A DNA stretch of 64,000 nucleotides from Mobula hypostoma. Taxonomy: Eukaryota. How positions within the stretch are numbered: position 1 is the stretch's first letter; the number at the start of each line of letters is the position of its first letter. Shown here in pieces: positions 51,001-64,000 of this stretch. The notes beneath the pieces were generated by a model. It saw only the letters and a program-made list of their open reading frames with translations. It searched no databases and was not told where the DNA came from. The stretch covers positions 64,172,001 through 64,236,000 of the forward strand of contig NC_086108.1 of the NCBI RefSeq assembly GCF_963921235.1. Reading direction: 5' to 3'. The translations under genes and the position numbers were made by a program.

Positions 51001-52299
51001 CGTTTCTGCCTTTTTGCTGAAAAATTTTTTGGGTAATACTTTAAAATCTTGAATGCACAGTTATTATTAATTTAGTATTGTGAATTCATAAAAGGAGAAA
51101 TATTGAATCATGTTTGATTTTTGTTGGAAAATCTGCTCTAATTTCCCTCCAACCACCAAAAGTTTTCCAAAGCAGATACATTAATTCCTCAAGGGACAGG
51201 TGGGCTGATTTCAGCCCTTTGTCACTGAACTAACCACTAGGAGGTGTAAAAGACAACCTGAAAAAAAACTAGAATCATTTTTCTCAAATTAGAAATATTT
51301 AAGACCTCCATCAACCCCAACTCTGCCCACAGCAATCAAACGACAATTGCTTTCGGTATTATCATGTTAGCCTTAGTAACATTTTGAACAATTCTGTTTC
51401 TCATAGAATCACTGATAACTACTGCAGTTACTTTAGCTATACCACCTGCATCAGCGTATTCCATTTACTTTATACTTTATATAAAGTATAAACATATATA
51501 CTGACATACAATTGTGCAGTTTGAGGATTACTGTTAAATAATTTCATTCCTTGGCAATTCAAGTAGTTTTGGAAACCTTTCAGTGGAATAGAGCTTGCCA
51601 AATATTTGTGGAAATCAAGATAATTTTATACCCTAGGCTACATCAGTCTGATTACTCATTATTTGCAATTGCTGACAGCTCATGCCAGGCAACTCCAAAA
51701 TTCCCAGTTCCTTATTTCTTGATCACAAGCAAGGAACTAGAATAATAATTTATGTAAAGAGATCCAAATTGTGGAATTGCTCTGGTTTCAATTAGTAAGT
51801 GAGTAAGCACAAGCTCAAGTCCATATGTTTGATGGCACGCTGGGACAGGAATCTAAACATTTTTTTAAAAACTTTGTACATTCATCAGTTATTAATCACA
51901 AAGATCACCAGCAGGTTTTATTTTGCAAACATGCTGCATATTTTCCGTTGTGTTTCAATGAAAGAGACAAAGCTTTGTGTTGCAAACTCATTGCCCTCTG
52001 TCCACACTGCCACTCAGACTCAATGCACTTTAATTTGAATACAGATTGAAGCATGAAAACCATTTTACTAATTGACTCAGTAATGAAATAATTTCTTTTT
52101 AAGTTTATAAAGTAAGTGCAGCTTTCCTGCCCACTGGAGGTGCCTTACACATGCGGATATTCAAAAGCGATCAACACCCCAACAATATAGCACTGTTTAG
52201 AGATTACCCTTAGGCATGGTACCGTTTGATCTGAAGGAAGACAGCAAGAATTGGCTATAGTGCAAAGATGCAGCTTGCTAGAAGGTCTCACTCTGATTC

Positions 52300-54560
52300 T
52301 GAATCCCTGAATAAGAGAGGCCAAGCATTAGAATATAAGAAATGGAAGCAAGAAAGAGCCATGGTCTGTGACATCTACCCTGCCATTCAATGGCATCACG
52401 CAAACCTTTTATTTCAGTATTATTTTCCTGAAGCAGCACTTAGTCTCCTAATTCCTTTAATAACCAAAAAATTATTGATCTATATTTTTAATGTACACAG
52501 TGACCAAACTTTCAAAGTCTTCATCATTGTCTGAGAGGAAATTTCTCCTCAAAACAACACATTTTTTTGGAATTGTGACCCCATGCTGATTCTCACATGA
52601 TAATCCCTCTTTCCAGCAATCAATTCAATGGATTTTCATTGCATTCCTTCTCTGAAGCTCCAAAATGTATCAAAATTCCTCTAGTTCTTTCTGTATTTTA
52701 GCCAAAATAGATAATCTTGTAATTTTTCCACATCATGTTCCAGCTACCATGTCTTCACCCATTGATTTGGATTAACCATATCCCCCTGAAGCTGCTCCAC
52801 ATCTTCTCACTATTCTCAGCGCTGTATCATCTGCAACCCTGTATATATTACAGTTAGTGACCCTATTTAAATTATTGATACAAGTTGTGAACAGAATCGC
52901 AATCAGAATCCAGTTTATTATCACTGGTATGTGACATGAAATTTATTAACTTAGCAGCAGCAGTTCAATGCAATACATAATATAGAAGTGAGCAAAAAAT
53001 AAACAAAATAAAAATAATAATAAATATGTAAATCAATTACAGCATACGTAATTTGAATAGATTAAAAACATGCAAAAAACAGAAATACTGTATACTAAAA
53101 AAGTGAGGTAGTGTCCAAGGGTTCAATGTCCATTTAGAAATCGGATAGCAGAGGGGAAGAAGCTGTTCCTGAGTCGCTGAGTGTGTGTCTTCAGGCTTCT
53201 GTACCTCCTACCTGATGGTAACAGTGAGAAAAGTGCATGCCCTGGGTGCTGGAATCCTTAATAATGGACGCTGCCTTTTTGAGACACCACTCCCTGAAGA
53301 TGTCCTGGGTACTTTATAGGATAGTACCCAAGATGAAGCTGCCTAGATTTACAACCCTCTGCAGCTTCTTCCGGTCCTGTGCAGTAGCCCCTCCCATACC
53401 ACACAGTGATGCAGCCTGTCAGAATGCTCTCCATGGTAAGCTAGAGAAGTTTTTGAGTGTACTTGTTGACATATGAAATCTCTGCAAACTCCTAATGAGG
53501 TATAGCTGCTGTCTTGGCTTCTTTATAACTACATCGATATCTTGGGACCGGATTAGATCCTCAGAGATCCTGACACCCAGGAACTTGAAACTGTTCACTC
53601 TCTCCACTTCTGATCCCTCTATGAGGATTGGTATGTGTTCCTTCATCTTACCCCTCCTGAAGTCCACAATCAATTCTTTCGTCTTACTGACATTGAGTGC
53701 CAGGTTGTTGCTGCAGAACCACTCCACTAGTTGGCATATCTCACTCCTGTACGCCCTCTCGTCACCACCAGAGATTCTACCAACAATGGTTGTATCATCA
53801 GCAAATTTATAGGAGCCTCAGCAATGATCACTCTGGCACCCCACTAATCACAGACACTCAATCCAAAAGATGACATGTTTATCACTACTCTGTGTTCTGA
53901 ATGTTATCTAATCCTTAATCCAAGCCGGTATATTAACCTCAAGCCCATGTGCTCTAATGTTGTTTAATAACCTCTAGTGTGACACATAATTTCAGTCCTT
54001 CTGAAAATCCAAATGTACCACATCCACTGCTTCTTCCATATTCATCATAGACATTGCAACTTCATAAAACATATTCTTCATATGATTTTTTCTTTCATAA
54101 ATCCATGTCAACTCAGCCCAATACTTCTGTTATGTTTGATTACTGCTTCGTCAATAACAGATTAATTTACATTTCCATGCTGTTCTTGTCAGGCTAATTG
54201 GTCTTTGTTCTTTTTCTTTCTTTTCTCTCTTTATTTTTCAGTCATGGGCTTATATTTACTGCCATCCAATCGATAGAAACTATTCAAGAATCCATGAAAC
54301 TTTGGAAGATAACAACCAGTGCGCTGTCTATATCCAAAAGCACTTCTTTCAAAATTTAAGATACAGTATAGGTCATCAGGTCCTGTGAATTCATTGGTTT
54401 TCAATCTCATTTATTTCCCAATACTATTTCCTCCTATATGCCAATTTCTTTCTGGTCTTCATTTATTTCAGTCCTTCATTTGTCTATTATTTTTGGGAGG
54501 TTTGTAATGTCATCTTCTGTGAGACAAACAGAAACCATTATTTCAATTCCTCTACTGCTT
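52300..54560 (-). mobile_element. Old CR1 fragment split by a Rex/Babar insertion
   Basis: Reverse RT motifs (tcatctgcaa.., ggcaccccactaatcac, ccttctgaaaatccaaatgtacc) on both sides of 52894-53812. Confidence 0.6.
52894..53812 (-). mobile_element. Rex/Babar LINE 3' part
   Basis: KFADDTT; WFCSNNLALNVSKTKELIVDFR; FKFLGV; gattctgatt tail. Confidence 0.9.
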
Positions 54561-55844
54561 CCCTTTCGCTTCATTATCAAAAAGCTGGTGCTTCCACTCT
54601 CCATAAAGTGATAGACACAATGTCGAATCTGGAAGAAATGCACATTTCTATAATTTTATATTTCAGCTGAATAAATTTAACTCACAACAGACCATGATCA
54701 AGTGCGAGGCCATGTTGATGCATGTCTTTCCAATCTACACAGAATTGTGCATTTACAAGTTATTTCATTACAAGAGTTTGAAATGAATTGGTCTGTATCT
54801 TGACTTCCATGCATTCTAATTACAATTGAGATTATGCTGGTGCACTTGATTATGATTTTGAATAAAAGTAATTACAGGAAGATGTAGCCTTGTATACAAT
54901 GTATTGTTAAAATGATAAATATGAACTTCCTAATATTTGCACGTATTTTTCGAATAAAATTTGCCTTTTACTCAAAGGTATGTGGCATAAGATATAAGAC
55001 TAAAAAAATACAATCTAGTACAGGGAAACAAATTATTTATTTCACAAACACTTAGGAAAGCTTATTTATTGAAAGTATAATGAGGGACAAATTAGGTTCT
55101 GGCAATCTAACAGGACACAGCAGAGTCAGTACTTGCAGATTTAGTGGTGAAGAACTGTGGATGATTAAAAATTCTGTATGAAAGGGGGAGTCAGATTCTC
55201 CTGTTGGTCCAGTATTCTGGTGAAAGGATTTGCAAGATCACCTAACAGCTGTCAGCAGTTTGCAGATCAGACAGATTATGGTCTCAGCCATTTTGTTATG
55301 TCATATTTCAATCTTACACAGCTAAAAATGTATGAAGGACCCTCCCCTCCAGATTATTGAAAGGAAGCAAGAAGTACTTAAAGATTAGCTTCTGGATTAT
55401 TGCATCTAACTGTTGATGGAATTCCATTCCTTTGCATTGTGTATAATTCTAGCCATCCACAGAGTATGGTATGATTGGTGCTGTGCTACTTAATTTGTTG
55501 CTTTGAATATTTGTGCAGAAACAAGTCATTTAGAGCCAGAGCTACGATCAAGGCTAGCCTTACCCTTGGAGTTGGGCCTGATTGGAAGAATAAAGAGCTG
55601 AAGAGGGAGGAGAAGGTCAGAAAGGATCGCAACAGGAAAGTATAACCTTGAAATAGACTTCCATCTTGTATCCATCTGGCTCAATCCAGGTTGCTGCTGA
55701 ATCTTCTTGGTGTCTGTTGAGAGCAGCATCGTTGGAGTGTGGACGTTGATTATTAATAGGCTAAGTTTATTTCTGTTTTAAATATTCATTGGTTTAATTT
55801 AGATTTGCAGCCAAGTACTTTACCTCGTATCATCACTTGGAGGG

Positions 55845-56657
55845 CAGAGCAAAGTCAAAATGTCGCTAAATGGCGAATCCTTTGCTTGCATCTTCAGAAA
55901 CATCTCCATTTCTATATTTGCTATCTCTTTTTTTTCCTTTTCAAGGTTCTTTGAAGACCCTGACCTGGAGTTACACTCTGACTTCGGTTCTTTGTGGGAA
56001 TGGGACCCAATCTCGGGGCCTCACAACCAGCCGCTTTTTGATATCCCAAGGACGCGGCCTGGAAGACTAGCATGCATTTAGGGTACCGGATTTTCATGGC
56101 TCTAGAGATAGGCTGATTCAAGGCCGATGCCCCTGACTGAGGTGTCGTGGGAGAACATGGAACATTGGGAGCAGCGGGTTAGCTGCTGTGGGTTGTGTGT
56201 TGAAACACCCGAGCTCTCTGGGCACAGAGCTCAGAAAAAGCAACACAACAGACTTTTAACATCATAAATCAGCGAGTTACCTATTATGTCTCCCCTCTCG
56301 CCATGAAACGGGGACACCTCTTTTTCCCTTATTAAGGAGAGAGGAAGAGCCTGAGGTATATCAAATTATGGGGTGAACGAGTAGTCTTTGGTGTACTGCA
56401 AGTCTGTGCCTTTATAGATGCTTCGCTGCACGCTTGAGTGCTCAGTGGAGTGCGCGATGTTTTTTTGCTGGTGGGGGGTCATTGCCTTGCTGCTGCTTGT
56501 GCATGGGAGGGGGAGCTGAGAGGGGGCTTTGGTGTTCTAATATTTAACTGCCATTCATTCTTTGGGGCACTCCTCTGTTTTCGTGGATGTTTGCAAAGAA
56601 GAAGAATTTGAGGATGTATATTTTACACATTAAACGTACCTATTGAACTTATTGAAA
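55845..56657 (+). mobile_element. Non-autonomous retroposon with Rex/L2-type tail
   Basis: GC/CpG-richer body, gtcaaaatgtcgc head and ctattgaacttattgaa tail. Confidence 0.55.
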
Positions 56658-56849
56658 CTGCAGTGAATAAGAAAGTAGCTAAGAAGCCTTAGTCCCTCAA
56701 GTAACTGGGTAACCATCTGGAACAGTTTAATTAAATGACAAAAATAAAGTGATATCTGGAAATATATGTCTGTTTGGTCAGCTAAACATAAAACATGTCC
56801 TCCATGCACTGATTGTGGACTTCAATGAGGTTAGTGTGATAGATCAAGA

Positions 56850-57210
56850 ATATAGAAAGTGGAACAGTACAGGACAGGCACAGGCATTTTGGCCCTGCAC
56901 ATCTATGCGGACCATGATGCCAATTTAAACTAATCCCATCTGTTTGCTCATGATCTGTAAGTGTTCATCCCCTGCCTGTTAACAGTCAGAGGACAGACAG
57001 ATCTAAATGCTTCTTAAACATTCCTATTGCATCTGATTTTACTTGCTCTTCAGACAGTGTATTCCAGACACCTCCTACTCTGTGTAAAACAAAATCTTGA
57101 ATTGTACACCTGCTGTAACTCTTTGCCCATCTCATCTTAAATCTTAAATCTTGTAGCTGATGTTTCCATCCTGGAAAAAAGATCCCAATTGTCTGTCCTC
57201 TCCTTGACAG
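56850..57210 (-). mobile_element. CR1 3' fragment, diverged
   Basis: Reverse tail gtacaggacaggcacaggcattttggccc; attccagacacctcctactctgtgtaaa. Confidence 0.65.
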
Positions 57211-57254
57211 TATTGTAATGAAATAAACTGATTAATTTAAATAAGCACTCTAAG

Positions 57255-57652
57255 ACGCATGGAGATATATATCTACCAAAGGAAGTGTAAGGCGCTCCTT
57301 CTCTCCGCTAGCCTATAGGTTTCCCTTGGGCAAGGTGTAGCACCTGCTTACATACTCTGATCAGGGTCACGTGAAGCCGCAGGAGCAGGTAGTGCATCGT
57401 CGTATGAGCAGCAGGTACGTATCACAAGCCCTGGTTATGTGACCACTGACACCAGGCAGACAGTCTCTGAAGAGTACCAATAATGGCTGGGGTCACCCGT
57501 CTTGTAAAGACACTGCCCAGAAGGAGGCAATGGCAAACCACTTCTGCAGAAAGATTTGCCAAGAACATTCATGGTCATGGATAGACAAAAGAACAAGAAC
57601 AACAGATGGAAGACCATGATTGTCTACGACAAGGCACATTTTGATGATGATG
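57255..57652 (+). mobile_element. RTE-related SINE-like element
   Basis: gaaggaggcaatggcaaaccacttctg..ttgccaagaac resembles the RTE/BovB-type motif; (GAT)n tail. Confidence 0.6.
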
Positions 57653-58374
57653 AAGGCAGGTAAGTCAGCTGAGATGAGCTACTGCAGCCATAGTAGTTCA
57701 GAGCTGATGCAATCTTTTGGGATCTATGGTGAGAACAAGCAAAACTTAAAATGTGATAATATCTCTGAATTACGACTAAAATAATGCACATGTTAATGAA
57801 GGGTAGTTAAACTCAGACAATTGGATATGTGGTTAGTGTTGGAGAAATGCATTTCAATTCATGGCTACTGGGAAAGATAGACTAAAGTAGACTGGTCCAA
57901 CGTCCTGGCAAATTAAACAAGCAAGGTGCATGCAAAGCTTTAATAAATGCTTTTAAAATTATTTATAAGAAATTTATAAAGTTAAAAATAAAGAACAAAG
58001 CAATAGTGTTGTGTAGTAGCATGGGTATTGATTATTTGCTATTATTTATGGACTGTTCATGCAAACTTAAGAGTACGTGCAATTAAAGTCAGAGAAGGGA
58101 AATAATTTACTAAAACAAAATTGAAGACTTTGTCCAAATGCTTACCACATTTGTAACACCACAGGTAAACCAACTGCCAAAACAAAAATAAATGGATTTG
58201 ACCTACAACCAATAGAAACACTGCTGCAAAGTAACCAGGCTTGCCAAGTAAAATATTCTGGGATAGTTAAATTCTCAGGGCATTAAATAGGCTTGATCAT
58301 CTTTAATTACTGTATCAATGAATTTCCTTCCACCATAAGCTTGGTATGATGGAAGGAATTTAATTAATACAGAA

Positions 58375-61030
58375 GTGCATGTAGGGGAACTAGTGATCAT
58401 AATTGTATTAGTTTCAAGATAATAATAGAAATGGATAGGAAAGATCCTCAGGTTGAGGTTCTAAATTAAAGAAAGGCCAATTTTGAAAGCATTAGAAAGG
58501 ATCTAACAGGTCTGGTTCAGGATAGACTGTTCTCTGGCAAAGAAATGCTTGGTAAGTGGGAGGCCTTCAAAAGTGAAATATTAAGAACACAGAAGTTGTA
58601 TGTTCCTGTTAGAATAAAAGACAAGACTAACAGGTTTATAAGAAACACAAGAGAACACTTAAGTCAGAAGGGCTAAAAGAAGGCAAAAGATTCCTCTGGC
58701 TGACAAGGTGAAGGTGAATCCCAAAGGGTTCTACAGGTTTATTAAGAGTGAAAGGACAGCAAGGGTCAAAACTGGTCCTTTTAAAGATCAGTGTGGTTGT
58801 CTATGCATGCAGCTGACAGATGTTGTGGAGATATTAACTGGATTTTTGTGCATCTGTATTTACTCTGAAGATGGATGCAGAGTCTATAGAACTGAGGCAA
58901 AACCGTAGTGATGTCATGGACTGTATCCAGAATACAGAAGAGGAGGTGTTTGCTGTCTTGAGACAGATAATGGTGGATAAGTCCCCAGGGCCTGACAAGG
59001 TGTCCCCTCAGCCTTTGTGGGAAGGTAGTGCAGAAATTGCAGGACCCCTGGCAGAGGTTTTTAAAATGACCATAACTATGGGTGAGGTGCCAAAGGACTG
59101 GAAGGTAGATAATGTTACTCCATTGTTCAGGAAAGGCCCTAAGAAGGAGTTGGGAAATTATAAGCTGGTGAGCCTCACGGCAGTGGTGGGTAAATTATTT
59201 GAAGGTATTCTAAGGGCCAGGATATACAAATATTTGGAAGACAGGGCCTGATTAGATAGTGAACATTGCTTTGCACATGGTAAGCTGTGTCTAACCAATC
59301 TTAAGATTTTTTTTTGAGGAGGCTACCAGGAAAGTCAATGAAGGAAAGGCACTGAATGCTGTCTACATGGACTTCAGCAAGGCCTTTGGTAAAGTCCCAC
59401 ATAGAAGGTTTAGTCATGTGGCATTCAGAAATAAATAGTACATTGGATTCAATATTGACTGAGCAGGAGAATCCAGAGAATAGTAGTAGATAGTTGCCTC
59501 ACTGATTGAAGGCCTGTGACTAGTGGTGTGTCACAGGGATCAGTGCAGGGTCTGTTGTTATTTGCCATCTATATTAATGATTTGGATAGTAATGTGGTAA
59601 ATTGAATCAGCAACTTTGCAGATGATTGGGAAGATAGTGGACAGCGAGGAAGGCTATCAAAGTTTGCATTAGGATCTGGACCAGCTGGAAAAGTGGGCTG
59701 AAAATTGGCCAATGGAATTCAATGCAGACAAGTGTAAGATGTTGCACTTCAGGAGGACAAACCAGCATAGGATATGCACAATGAACAGGAGGGCATTGCG
59801 TCTGAAAACAAAAGGGATCTGGGACTACAGATCCATAATTCCTTGAAAGCAGCATCTCAAGTAGGTAGGTAGGTAGGGATTTCAAGAGAGCTTTTGACAC
59901 ATCGGCCTTTTGACACAGACGGTTAAAGAAGTTTGGCATGAGTTCCCAAATCGTAAGGACTTTATACAGGGACATAATTGAGAGCATCCTGTCTGATTGC
60001 ATCATTGCTGGTATGAGAACTGTACTTCCCTCAAACACAGGACTCTGCAGAAAGTGGTGCGGGCAGCCCAGCACATCTGCAGATGTGAACTTCCCACTAT
60101 TCATGATGCTTACAGAGACAGGTGTGTAAAAAGGGACCGAAGGATCACTGGGGACCTGAATCACCCCAACCACAAATTGTTCCAGCTGCTACCATCCGGG
60201 AAATGGTACCGCAGCATAAAAGCCAGGACTGACAGGCTCCGGGACAGCTTCTTCCACCAGGCCATCAGACTGATTAATTGACACTGATACAATTGTATTC
60301 CCATGCTACATTGACTGTCCTGTTGTACATACTATTTACTACAAATTACTATGAATTGCCCATTGCACATTTAGACGGAGGTGTAATGTAAAGATTTTTA
60401 CTCCTCATGTATGTGAAGGATGTAAGAATTAAAGTCAATTCAATTCAATTCATCAATCAGAGTACTGAGTACAGGAGTTAGGGTGTTATGTTGAATTTGT
60501 TTAAGACATTGGTGAGGCCAATTTGGTGTATTATGTTCCGTTCTGATCATCTACCTATAGGGAATATATCAGTAATTGAAGTAGTACAGAAAATATTTAT
60601 GAGGATGTTACCAGCACTTGAGGACCTGATTATAGGGAAGGATTGAATAGGTTAAGACTTTACTCCCTGATACATAGGAAACTGAAGGGAGATTTGATAG
60701 AGGTATACAAAAATATGAAAGGTATAGATAAGTACAAGCAGGCTTTTTTCAATGAGATTGGGTGAGATTAGAACTAGAGGTCATAGGTTAAGGGTGAAAG
60801 GCGTAATATGTAAGGGGAACCTGTGAAGGAACTTTTTCACTCAGAGGGTGGTGCAAGTGTGGAATGACCTGCCAATGAAAATGGTGGATGCAGGTTTGAT
60901 TGAGAAGCTTGGATATGTACATGAATGGAAGGGATATGGAGGGCTATGGGCCAAGTGCGGGTCAACGGGACTAAGCAGAGTAACAGACTAGACAGGCCGT
61001 AGGGATTGTTCCTGGGCTGTCGTGCTCTAT
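58375..61030 (+). mobile_element. CR1 LINE ORF2 fragment, interrupted
   Basis: SDHN, DKSPGPD, GNYKLVSLT, YMDFSKAF, FADD and RTRGH motifs; CR1 tail near 61000. Confidence 0.9.
59906..60451 (+). mobile_element. Rex/Babar 3' fragment nested in CR1
   Basis: IESILSDCI; NHPNHKLFQLLPSGK..DSFFHQAIRLIN; (caatt)n tail; same family as 15430-15983. Confidence 0.9.
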
Positions 61031-62449
61031 GACTCATGAATATGACTTCATATGACTTCATGAATATGATTGCGCAATATTAAATTCAATGTGGAACTTC
61101 TCAACAAATGAAGCAGACCATTCCTGCGATTACTACCTGCATCGCAAAATTAGTAGGAAATAACCATCTCCGGCAAGAGAAATTAAACATATCCATATGA
61201 CCTTCAATGGATTAGCAAGTTCACCACTATCAATAGGTGACTATCAGAATTGCAGCTGGGCCAGTACCTGTGCAGCCTGGCTACATGAATAGGCTGGAAC
61301 TAGGGTGGCAGCTTCAACCTGAACTGCAGTTCTTAGACCGTCGTTGGATACTACGTGTACTGTAGTGAAACTCCCTAGCAGAATGTAGTAACGATGGAGG
61401 TGCCAGTGGACTACAGGATTAAAAAATATTAAAACGTTGTTAGATATAGGAAAGTTCAATTGATAGACACTGCTAGATACAGGAGTGTTCAATTGATCGA
61501 ACTTGCTGGCACATCCCCATGTCGTGGGGAAAATGTTTCAGCTCATAGGATGTCTCATTTGAAAATGAACTTAGTGAACTTGACAAACCGCATGTATTGT
61601 TAAATTTCTTCCTACTTTGAAATCAATTTCTGCCCTATCTTCATTTGTTAATTAATTTCTTCCCCAATTAGTCTAAGGCTTTTCAAGTTACCAATTTTTT
61701 GCAATCTAAAACTGAGTCTTAAATTTTAGTATTACAAAATCTGTAATATTATAAACATAATTCGAAATGTTGTGGAAGAGCTCTGACAGTGGAAGCAGTA
61801 TACCATTAGAAATGTAACTTCAAAACTGTCGTGTTGGATTTATATCAATTTTGACCTTGCACAGCAGTGGAACATTGTGTTCATAGTTTCCAATTCATAA
61901 TTTTGTTGTCCAAAAGATGAATGTGTTGTCCACAATCTCAAAGGTGAGTAAGCAATTTACTTTAACATGTAAAATCCTATCAATAGGTAAAGCTCTACGG
62001 GTTAAAATCTCCATACTATTACTGCCTGGTTTTCCTTTGCACTATCTTCATACATCTATGTAAAAACTATCAGGAGAAGGGCATTAAGAATTCCAATCAA
62101 CTGTTGTTGTGTCACATCAGAGAAAGTTTAAACTTCAGGCCTAGATATGACCTATATTAAATTCCATCTCTTCCCATTTGCTTATATTGCCTAGGTCCTT
62201 TGTTAATTAAACAAACCTCAGATTAATGTTGTCAGCAAATCTGAATCACATTCATTGTTCTTCTGACCATGACGCTTAGAGACTTGAACCGCTCCACTTC
62301 GTGCATCTGCTGTTTTCTATTTTTCAGCTGGTTACTCAGGCTTTTCAAGATTAACAGGCATACTCACTTCCAAAAGCATATCCAACAACATTCAAAGCTG
62401 CTTGAACCCCTTAGATACATTGTACTGTTGTGTTTTTCAGAATGTATTC

Positions 62450-64000
62450 AGTAAATGACTTGATGAGACTTGGATGGCTCAAGGGCAGGAATGGTTAGTT
62501 AGAGTGCCAGGCTTCAGAAGTTTCAGGTAGGACAGGGAAGGAGGCAAAAGAGGTGGAGGTGTGGCACTACTGATCAGAGATAGTGTCATGGATGCAGAAA
62601 AGGAGGAAGTCATGCAGGAGTCTCTGTGCGTGGATGTTAAGAACAGGAAGGGGTCAGTAACTCCACTGGGTGTTTTTTATAGACAGGGACATCGAGGAGC
62701 AGATCGGGAGACAGATTCTGGAAAGGTGTAATAACAAGAGGGTCGTCATGGTCAGAGATTTTAATTTCCCAAATATTGATTGGCATCTCCCAGAGCAAGG
62801 GGCTCAGCTGGAGTGGAGTTTGTTAGGTGTGTTCAGGAAGGTTTCCTGACACAATATGTAGATCAGACCACAAGAGGAGAGGCTGTACTTGATCTGGTAT
62901 TGGGAAATGAACCTGGTCAGGTGTCAGGTCTCTCAGTGGGAGAGCATTTTGGAGATAGTGATCATAATTCTATCGCCTTTACCATAGCATTGGAGAGGGA
63001 TAGGAGCACACAAGTTAGGAAAGGGTTTAATTGGAGTAAGGGGAATTATGAGGCTATCAGGCAGGAAATTGGAAGTATAAATTGTGAACAGATGTTCTCA
63101 GGGAAACGTACGACAGAACTGTCGCAAATGTTCAGCGGATATTTGCGTGACATTCTGCTTAGGTATGTTCCAATAAGACAAGGAAATGATGGTAGGGTAC
63201 AGCAACCGTGGTGTACAAAGGCTGTTGAAAATCTAGTCAAGAAGAAAAGAAAAGCTTACGAAAGGTTCAAAAAACTAAGTATTGATAGAGATCTAGAAAA
63301 TTATAAGTCTACCAGGAAGGAGCTTAAGAATGAAATTAGGAGAGCTAGAATGGGCCATGAGAAGGCCTTGGTGAGCAGGATTAAGGAAAACCCCAAGGCA
63401 TTCTACAAGTATGTGAAGTGCAAGAGGATAAAACATGAGAGAATAGGACCAATCAAGTGTGACAGTGGAAAAGTGTGTATAGAACTGGAGGAGATAGCGG
63501 AGGTACCTAACGAATACTTTGCTTCAGTATTCACTACGGAAAATGACCTTGGCAATTGCAGGGATGACTTAAAGCAGACTGAAAAGCTTGAGCATAAAAA
63601 CATTAAGAAAGAGGATGTGCTGGAGCTTTTGGAAAGCATCCAGTTGGATAAGTCGCCGGGACCGGATGAGATGTACCCCAGGCTGCTGTGGGAGGCGAGG
63701 GAGGAGATTGCTGATCCTCTGGCAATGATCTTTGCATCATCAATGGGGACGGGAGAGGATCTGGAGGATTGGAGGGTTGCAGATGTTGTTCGCTTATTCA
63801 AGAAAGGGAGTAGAGATAGTCCAGGAAATTATAGACTGGTGAGTCTTACTTCAGTGGTTGGTAAGTTGGAGAAGATTCTGAGAGGCAGGCTTTATGAACA
63901 TTTGAAAAGGTATAATATGATTAGGAATAGTCAGCACAGCTTTGTCAAAGGCGGGTCGTGCATTACAAGCCCGATTACATTTTTTGAGGATGTGACTAAA
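62450..64000 (+). mobile_element. CR1 LINE ORF2 (endonuclease to RT start), running off the window
   Basis: ETWM.QGQEW, GGGVALLI, DFNFPNIDW, PTRGEAVLDLV, DSDHNSI, DKSPGPDEMYP, PGNYRLVSLTS; few disruptions. Confidence 0.93.

Noticed and set aside
57255..57480. Possible HDV-like ribozyme in the third RTE-related element (cctgg..ctga..ccagg)
   Set aside because: No TYCHCG L3 loop, no consistent P1/P3 order and no TSD could be established.
63403..63801. 132-aa minus-strand ORF and similar antisense ORFs (8249-8659, 39152-39445, 53495-53812)
   Set aside because: These are antisense shadows of LINE or Penelope coding sequence.

Overview
Repeat-dense, AT-rich vertebrate genomic DNA, intergenic or deep intronic. 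The repeat mix (abundant CR1, Rex/Babar, Penelope, HE1-like SINEs) suggests a cartilaginous fish; this is inferred from recognition, not from a search. No host protein-coding exon, tRNA or rRNA gene could be supported, and essentially every recognisable ORF is decayed transposon sequence. Contents: a decayed full-length Gypsy LTR element with a nested solo LTR, a second solo LTR, many CR1 and Rex/Babar LINE fragments, an RTE LINE nested in a CR1, Tigger and Tc1 remnants, SINEs and many Penelope-like fragments. The main signal is a layer of predicted self-cleaving RNAs. (1) Two adjacent short non-coding RTE-related retroposons (19147-19858, 20346-20859) each begin at the predicted cleavage G of an HDV-like double-pseudoknot ribozyme, directly after a target-site duplication. 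Both lack P4 and have a long J1/2, and one has an extra hairpin in L3. (2) Minimal hammerhead cores sit in the Penelope termini, and one lies inside a compact ~134-bp hairpin element at 14643-14776. Most repeat boundaries are approximate unless a TSD is given.
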